Assembly: GCA_910592345.1 (NCBI GenBank)
Contig: CAJVPI010000218.1
Location: forward strand, 1-41,807
Length of the DNA stretch: 41,807 nucleotides
From: Paraglomus brasilianum
Lineage: Eukaryota
Reading direction: 5' to 3'
How positions within the stretch are numbered: position 1 is the stretch's first letter; each line of letters opens with the position of its first letter. The position numbers and the translations under genes are program-made. Positions 33,890 to 41,807 of the stretch are shown one piece after another. Below the pieces are notes generated by a model. That model was given only the letters and a program-made list of their open reading frames with translations. It was not told where the DNA came from and did not search any database.

Positions 33890-35397
33890 TTATCGTTTAG
33901 CCTGGGCAAGCCCAATCACTGATTCATCCAAGTTGAAGTAAGCATAATTATTTTTTAAGAAAGTATCGCCCACGAGGAATGACTAGTAGAACAAATAACA
34001 AGTTTTTAGCGATCAACAACTTTTATCACTAAACGTAAATATTATAACTCTGGACTTACCAACTCGCCACCAATGTCTAGGGGAAGAATAGCGCTGGCAC
34101 ACAATCCTTGTCCCGCCTCAATAACCAAATCGGCGCCTGGCACGGTGAAAGCTGTAGTTCCGAAAGTAAACGTCATGTCTGGCGGCGTTGCTTTGCATGG
34201 TAAAATATACGCCTGTGCTTGGGGCGAGAAAGTACCGCCTAACACTTTGTTAATCTTATCTGCTATAGTGGTCGGGGCAGTAATAAGTGATGTCCCCGTA
34301 TCTATAACAGTAAGGCCAGTTCTTAATGTGAGTGGGATTGAAAGGGTGCCGACAGATATTTGGCTTAATGAGACTACCCAAACCCCAGTAATATCGAACT
34401 TGCTGGCGAGAGGAATCATAGTCAGACTGCCGACTATGTGAGAAGAATCGAACCCGCCGAAAGTAACTTCTCCTGAACCGCCCTCGCTTGCTTTGCCTAA
34501 CCATACACCGAATGAGCGCACATTTATAAAACCTTGATTTTTCATGGTTTCAATTGGTGTTATCGTCCCTGGAAGGTATATCTATTGTAAGTATATACTA
34601 ACTCTTGAATCGGCATAAGAGAGAATGAATATCTTCGAGACTGGCATATTCGTAATTACTCACCCGGAATAACGGCCCTCTGAGTTCCGCCTAATCCTAT
34701 AATCCCATCTGCCTGTAGGTCTTGGAAGCCAGAATTCATGCCCGTTGCCCTCGCAAAGACTTGATCTGTTAATGCGAAGCCACCAACTATTACTGTATCA
34801 GTTGCTGTTACTCCTGATGCACCCGACTGATCTACGTAAGAAATTTGCCAAGGATCACGGTCACCACCATACGAGATGGAGTAATTGGAAGAAAATTTGT
34901 TCTTGTTAACGCATCCTGCTCCAATACACGAGGCGTCGGGTATCCATAAATCGGATGAGCCAGTATCTATTAGCACATGAAATACTCTGGGTGGTGTTCC
35001 TATTGTAATAGTTGCTTTATACTGGCGAATAATGTAAGATATGAGATCAGGATAATATTCTTTAAAATTGACGAGCGACGTTGACTAGTGGATTATAAGG
35101 ACGTCAATAAACTGTGTCTATTACTCACAAGGACGTCCTGCTCACTAATTAAGCCTGTCGATGAAATGTCTCGTTTGAATTTATTATTACTGAATTTAGA
35201 CCTATTTAGAATTCTTCTAAAATTTAACCTAATAAAAGAAAGTTTTTTATCGTAATCTTTCACTGGCTTTGCATACGATACTTTTCATAGAGATTCATTC
35301 TATCCTCGTACCTCGGGAGGTCGTCAGCGTCTACGTCACAAAAATTCACACTAAAGATTGCAAAGGCCAGCAGCGTCAAAAGTAATATTCCTCTCAT
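33890..35397 (-). CDS. Secreted A1 pepsin-like aspartic protease (rhizopuspepsin-like), copy 1, 5 exons
   Basis: Signal peptide MRGILLLTLLAFAIF, propeptide ending FKR, catalytic motifs LIDTGSSDLW and VIDTGTS, DGIIGL, and C-terminal FLVGDTFLKNNYAYFN...GLAQAKR*. Confidence 0.93.
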
Positions 35398-35909
35398 TTC
35401 TCTTTAACGCAAAGAAAAATACGAAAGCCTGCATACCATAGTCTTACGATGCTGGTTGTAGAAAAGCGATTCAAGGGAGTTATTAATAATTCGCGTAACA
35501 AGGATGCAGGGTACAAACCAAATTAATCGACTCAATGAGATTGCCATGGATGATCGACAAGATGCATTAATACAGTTGTATACCAGGCGTCTTTGTCGAG
35601 TTAACTCAAAATAAAATGATCTATCTGCATAGTAGACTGAGGGCATTGTGTCAAATACGTTCAGGTTAAGATCTGATGGTTTAATGTTTTAATATACTAC
35701 TATCTAACAGGAAACTAGCAAGGTATGGGTAACATCTATTCTAATTAACAATACCATAACAATAAGCTCCAAATTTGTCGCAGAACACCAATATTAATAT
35801 AGCAATATCCTGGGGCAAAAAAAGCCAATTTAATGATACACAATGTGTTCTTACTACCATTATTATTGTTTTTGTTCGGCCGTAAGTAATATTTCCCTTC
35901 TTTTCTATC

Positions 35910-37352
35910 CTATCGTTTAGCCTGGGCAAGTCCGATAGCTGACCCATCCATGTCGAAGTAGGCATAATTGTTCTTTAAGAAAGTATCGCCCAGAAGAAAT
36001 GACTAATACAATAAACAAATGGTAATAGTTAGGTATGAAGTGCTAAAAGATCGACAACAAACTGTTAAAACGGTTAACTCACGCCTATTGCTATGAACTT
36101 ACCAAACCGCCGCCAAGGTCGCCTGGAATAATAGCGCTCTCACATTGTCCTTGTTGTTGAATAACCAAATCGGCACCTGGGACGGTAAAAGTTGCAGTTC
36201 CGAAAGTAAACGTCAAATCCGGCGGTGCCGCGTTGCATGGTAAAATATACGCCTGTGCTTGGGACGAGAAAACACCACCGAATGATGTGTTAATCTGATC
36301 CGCTATAGCGCTCGGAGCAAGAATAACTGATGTTCCGGTATCTACAATAGCAAGGCCGTTCGCTGATGTAAGTGTAATTTCCCGGCCGCTAATAGCTATT
36401 TTGCTTAATTGGACTACCCATATCCCAATACTGTCGAAGCTTCGGACGAGAGGAATCGTAGTTAGATTGCCAACTATGTGAGAAGGATCGGCCCCGCCGA
36501 AACTAATTTCTCCTGAACCGCCCTCGGTTGCTTTGCCTAACCATACACCGAATGAGCGCGTATTTATAAAACCTTGATTTTTCATGTTTTGAATTGGTGT
36601 TACTGTTCCTGGAACAACAGCAGACTGAGGTCCGGCCAATCCTATAATTCCATCCGACGGCTGGCCTGTGAAGCCAGAATTCATGCTCGTTGCCCTCGCA
36701 AATTGTTGACCTTTTAATACGAAGCCGCCAACTATTACTGTATCAGTTGCTGTTACTCCTGATGCAGACGACTGATCGACATAAGAAATATTCCAAGGAA
36801 CACCGTCACCCCCATACGAAATGGAGAATTTGGAAGAAAATGTGTTCTTGTTAGAGCATCCTGCTCCAACACACGAGGCGTCGGGTATCCATAAATCGGA
36901 TGAGCCAGTATCTATTTGACAGCTAAATACTGTGGGTGGTGTTCCTATTGTAACAATTGCTATATACTAGCGAATAATAAGCAGAAATATCAGGATAATG
37001 TATTTTAAAATTTACGAGTGATCGTTGAAAAAAGGATTATAATGATGTCGATAGGCCATCAAGCTATTTATTCACTTACAATAAAGTCCTTCACATCTAT
37101 TAAGCCTGATGCATTCCTTCGCTTGAGCCTTCGACTATTGGCATTAGACTTGATTCGTATTCTTTTAAATGATAAGCTTGAAAAACAAGTCGTTTATTAG
37201 TCTAATTTCTCTCCAGCCATAAAAGAATATTCATAAAGTTTTTCAGTTCATCCACTCGCTTACATCGGTAGGTTTTTGCCATCGTCGGCCTGTACATCAA
37301 ATATATTCGCACTAGCAATTAAAAAGATCGAAAACAAAGTCAAGAATCTCAT
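35910..37352 (-). CDS. Secreted A1 pepsin-like aspartic protease, copy 2 (tandem paralog), 4 exons
   Basis: Signal peptide MRFLTLFSIFLIASA, propeptide ending LKRR, QIDTGSSDLW and IVDTGTS, C-terminal FLLGDTFLKNNYAYFD...GLAQAKR*. Long stretches of nucleotide identity with copy 1. Confidence 0.93.
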
Positions 37353-39691
37353 TTTCTGTTCAAAGCAAAGTAAGATTCAAAAGCTTTTATACCCCGCAGT
37401 TTTGATGTCTTGGCAAATGTGACCATTGCAATGGCAAATCCCGTACCTTATTTAATAGGAAGTTCATTAAGTTTAGTCAGACAAAGGACTCATCTGCCAG
37501 AAATTTGTGCCAAGACATTTTTAGTTTTCTGTTAATATTAAAACCATTATAAGACTACGTACAATCGTGGATCCCGGCTAATCAATGCATATTGTCTGAA
37601 TGATTATTGTCACAATATATTTACCCCTAGTATCAAAATGTGATACTCTCCTTTTGGATGCGACATGCGAACATTACTAATTTAGTCACACAAGTGGGTC
37701 CGCAGCTGCGGCGTATAACACCATACTAAACTCGTCATTAATATGAATGGGGTAATCACTAAATGTGTGCTTAATGATTTTACCTTATTTGGTTGTTGGA
37801 TCTTTGCTTACCTAATTTGTATGCCGAGAGATCCTCGGCTGTAAAAAAGTTAATCTTGAGAATAAGTTGAAGATACTATTACAAAGGAATAATTAATGAC
37901 CAAATGTGACCGGATATTAAGCAATACTTGACGTCTTGACCCCCACATTAAAATTTTTTTTTTTCCACAATGCAATCGCTGTTATTATTACCAAACACTT
38001 GATTACATTGATTACACGCTTATAATCCCCTGGCGTTTGGCTCGACTCTTTATACTCAAAATGTGAACGTTGTATAATTGTATTAACAAGACTTAAGCTC
38101 ATAAATCATACCCTTGAAACGCAACAATGACGAGTCTAAATGCAGACTAGCTCGATCTCAAATTGAAATCTGGGACACCTTCACCGTATATATTGAACTC
38201 AATGTGCTTGGCAGCAGGCAGATCTTCCCTTGATCCCCTGACTGTAGGAAAAATCATTGACGTTCAACAGCAAAAATACTAAGCAAAAATTTTAATAAGC
38301 TGTTTGAAATCATGTGACCCTGCTAGCAAATGAAAAGTGTAGTATAGGTAGACAGTTTAATTTCTACCGCTGCTGATGACATTATATTACTTGTATGTTT
38401 CATTAAAATACCTAATTGCGTGACGTATATTTGGTATTGTGTAAACAAACAGTACATAATTTTTACTTCAAAAAAGTCCGGTAAACAAAGATGAAGGTAT
38501 GCCGAATATTAATTGATTGACAAATTACGACTTCTCGAGAGACTAACAAACAATATAAATAGAACGTTAACCTAATGGCTGAGTCAAACTTGGGCGGTCT
38601 CGAACAGCGAAAATCACAAACATTTCATAGAATGGTAGCTAATCTTGCTTTAAGACTCAAAACTTGTATGAAGTTGAATCTCAACGTATTCGAATTTGTT
38701 TTATTTATGGCATATTCTCACTCTTAGCAAATAGTTAATGTAATCGCCAGAAAAACTTGCATTAGGCATGTACAAGATTACAATGCGGCGATACTTGTTA
38801 TAGAGAGTGACGAGAGTTAAACATATTGTACGAGTCGGTAACGTTAATTTTTTTAATAATACTCGTTTTATATACAATTACGGATATTAATATGGTGGCA
38901 AATTAAACCAAAGTGTTCTTTGGTAAAACATATGATTCGAGCTAAACTAAAAAATATATATGCTCAATTTCAATACGTTAAATCCAGCAGTCCCTCTTGC
39001 AGCGAGAAAACTATCTTTGATTCTATTTCAAGTCAGCCGGCTTTCGCCGCGGAGTCAATTCGTGTCCTGCCCTTCCCAAATTCCTAGGCCCGGGTGCCCT
39101 CCGCTCGCGTCGATAAAACTCATACGAAATAAATTTCGATGCCAATAGACGTTGATTAAACAAAACCGTTTTTAACCAACTTGAGAAAGCAATATAACAC
39201 TGATATCTATATGCATTGCGTTTACACTTTTTCTTCCAATGCCAAGTTTTTGAGTGTGTTTCGACATGACATGACATAGTTGGAACCCAAAACGAAGCTT
39301 TGCAAATTACTTATCTACTTGATAGTTCGAATTTGAAAACTATCAACATCTGCGAAAACTTGTTGAGCATTGTTTCGAGAGCGTATGCAAACAACAATGT
39401 GCGAGCGCTTGGCTAAATTCTGACTGATTTATTAAAGAACAATTCAGTAATTATTCTCAGTATTTTATATGTAATAACCAATGTATCTTGTATAATTCTA
39501 ATGCTATTCTTTTAGCACACAACGCATATGTAGTAATAATGCCTAAAACTACCTATCAAAAAAAATTGATAAACGTATTATCAAAAATGTGGATTGAGTC
39601 ATATAACGGTTACAAGCGAGACGATTAAATTTCATCTTTTGGTAATTAAGTTGCCATGACATGGCGCTGCTACAAACAAGCAATTTATATA

Positions 39692-39725
39692 CAGTGTGTC
39701 TCGAAAAACAATGGTGGTTTGCAAA
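39692..39725 (+). mobile_element. Possible orphan Tc1/mariner-type terminal inverted repeat
   Basis: TA|CAGTGTGTCTCGAAAAACAATGG resembles CAGxGTGTC..AAAA mariner-like ends. No partner TIR is seen in the window. Confidence 0.3.
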
Positions 39726-40080
39726 TAAACTTTTATTTGACTCATAAATAAAAAAAGCGAGTATGTCTACAGAGTGTGGAGATTACTATTGATTATGACA
39801 TATTCCTCCCTAACTACAACTGTGGATGTCTCGATTTTTTGATCATGCGTTGTCCAAAAGTGATACAGCATGCAATACAATAATAGTAGTAGCAATCAGT
39901 AACTAAATTTAGGAAGTACAGCCGAACATCGCGTAGCAATAGTATGGATAGGAAGTATCAAGAGATTGAAAATTTAATAGAAATTATTATAATCGTGATT
40001 CTAAAATCGAGAAGTATCGTGAAGAAATTGAAAAACGAAGACCTTTTTAAACTTTATAGAAATAAAAGTCATATTAATTA

Positions 40081-40212
40081 ACGTTCTGACCACCCAATTC
40101 AAAATAGGCACATTATCTAAATATCACACCAATAAGCGACATCTAATCAACATTGTTTACATGATTAAAATGTGCTCATTTCGACATTTCGAATTGGGTC
40201 AGGTCAGAACAT
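40081..40212. mobile_element. MITE-like short element with imperfect terminal inverted repeats
   Basis: Left arm GTTCTGACC--ACCCAATTCAAAAT...GCACATT versus reverse complement of the right arm GTTCTGACCTGACCCAATTCGAAAT...GCACATT. AT-rich (TTAA/ATTA) flanks; non-coding interior. Confidence 0.55.
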
Positions 40213-40249
40213 TATTAATGAACAAAAACTTTTTTGTTTTAGTGTCATT

Positions 40250-40773
40250 TCAGTAATTAGTGGCATTTGTCTCAGTTGCTGAAGCCCAACAACTTCAAGC
40301 TGAATCAACTCAACAACTTTTATTCTTAATTGGATTATTTGTTGTTGAAGTTGCCAATGTTGGAGTCAAATTTCTCCACCATCTTCTTTATTTCTCCAAC
40401 ACAGTATCTGGGGTTGAGTGGATAACCTGGTTTCAACAAATGAAACTAATTTCGAAACAATATTATCCGCATTTATTGTAATAATTGTGAAAGATGATAT
40501 TAAAACTAACATCATTCACTCCATCCCCAAATTTAGGAACAACTGGAACTCCAATAGGGCACCCTGCGAGCACTCCCTCTAATTCTCTAACAACTCCAGA
40601 CTCATTGAATATTAGATGGTAATTAATATTAGTTATCGTTTTTTTTACTAACGCTAATAGACTTATTAATATATATTAGTATTTACCGACTCCTCTTCCG
40701 TGATTTTTGTATTGTATAATGAATAATACTCTTTTATAAATTCCGATGTCAACTCCCCCATCCACTTCATCTC
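40250..40773 (-). pseudogene. Degenerate intron-containing Mrr/restriction-endonuclease-like PD-(D/E)xK nuclease gene
   Basis: Exon 40773-40687 (CAG...GTAAAT) gives DEVDGGVDIGIYKRVLFIIQYKNHGRGV. The next segment gives GVVRELEGVLAGCPIGVPVVP. This is the DGGxD...QxK...VRELEG pattern of Mrr_cat/Rrg7-like proteins. Downstream frame is broken; the 5' part is missing at the pogo insertion. Confidence 0.65.
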
Positions 40774-40862
40774 CTGGATCGAAATTAATAATAAACGAAA
40801 AGAAAATAAATTTTATGAGTAGTCATGTTGTCATCGTTAAAAAACATAGTAATATACGCGTA

Positions 40863-41807
40863 CAGTGGACTCTTCCTAAGTGCAGGTCGTCGGGACCGAG
40901 GTCAATGCCTGCACTTAGAGAGAAAACTGCATTTAGGGAGAACCAGTAATATTGAATTCACGTGGATATTTGTATATTTGATACTATATAATAATATAAT
41001 AAAATAATAAAATAATAAAATAAATCAACAAACAACAGACGTAAATACTAATGCTGCAGTGGTAAATACTCAAAACCCGTTTACTGAGATTCTTTATTAA
41101 AAGTAAGACTGTTAGAGTTGAAAAACAATTCGAGGTTAGTCTGCTGAAGCGACGTAACTTGCAGATTTCTCACTATTTTGGTGATTTTTGAAATTGTGCC
41201 AATATATTCTGACATATCTTGACTCTGTTGTAAAAAATAATGAGAGACAATGTCTAATGCCTTCAGTGCTTCACTGTGTGTAACCCTGTGCGCTTGCAAA
41301 CTTTCATCCTCTTCAGCATCACTAGTTTCTTCCGATTCTAAAGTCTTCGTGAGATCTATAATTTCTTGATCAATAAGCAATTCTTCCTTACTGCTCTCCT
41401 CAGAATAATTAATATAATCTTCAACTTCCATTGCATTCTGCAAGCAAAGAGCTTTAATATTCTCATGCAATTCATTTACTAACTGTTCATCGCTTGTAGA
41501 AAGATTCCCACAATCGTTACAATTATCTATCCCCACAGTCACAGGAAGAAGCTTAGTATGTCGAAAACAATTAAAGATAGTCATAGAAGTGACATTATTC
41601 CAGGCGTTTACAATGAACAGTATAGCAGTAAGAACATCCAGGTTTTTTTGATTAGTTCGAGACTCATATTGCTCCAAGAGCCACTTAACGAATTGAGAAC
41701 GATAATGGCGTTTAAAAATGACATTATAATACCCGCGTCCATCGGCTGAATTCTGGAAGTCGTGTTCGGAGGTAGAAAACGTATAGTTGTATTTCGGAGT
41801 TCAACGG
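40863..41807 (-). mobile_element. pogo/Tigger (CENP-B-like DDE_1) transposon, 3' part, with frameshifted transposase
   Basis: TA|CAGTGGACTCTTCCTAAGTG TIR at 40861-40882. Minus strand gives FLPPNTTSRIQPMDAGIIMSF, then a frameshift in a T5 run (about 41714-41718), then KRHYRSQFVKWLLEQY...AWNNVTSMTIFNCFRHT...QQTNLELFF to the stop at 41081. Confidence 0.93.

Noticed and set aside
37917..38250. Exon-like segments (CAG...GTATGA) and a Cys-containing frame
   Set aside because: Stops and a long poly-A/T run interrupt the frames, and no supportable gene model results.

Overview
Eukaryotic, intron-rich, AT-rich fungal genomic DNA. It is most consistent with an early-diverging fungus (Mucoromycota/Glomeromycota), an inference from gene content: FANCD2, a Kv channel, a sacsin-BTB fusion, a U12-type intron and the transposon types. 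The gene-rich core (about 4.8-37.4 kb) holds an R2R3-Myb factor, a small spliced Lys-rich plus Q/N-repeat protein missed by the ORF track, an AT-hook/Myb protein, a Mit_KHE1-family protein, a voltage-gated K+ channel, FANCD2, ERF4/GOLGA7, a sacsin-ATPase-BTB fusion, a mitochondrial PPR protein and two tandem secreted pepsin-like proteases. Both window ends hold degraded mobile DNA. On the left are a TA-inserted DNA transposon, a relic Polinton/Maverick-type B-family DNA polymerase (YTDTDS motif intact), a pogo remnant and a Tc1 remnant. On the right are a MITE-like inverted repeat, an Mrr/PD-(D/E)xK nuclease-like pseudogene and a frameshifted pogo/Tigger element. The most notable items are the virus-like PolB relic, the minor-spliceosome intron, the sacsin-BTB architecture, the Q/N-repeat microprotein and an Asp at the K5 position of the channel S4. 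I cannot show a wholly new multi-gene system from sequence alone. All family calls come from motif recognition and hand translation, not database searches.
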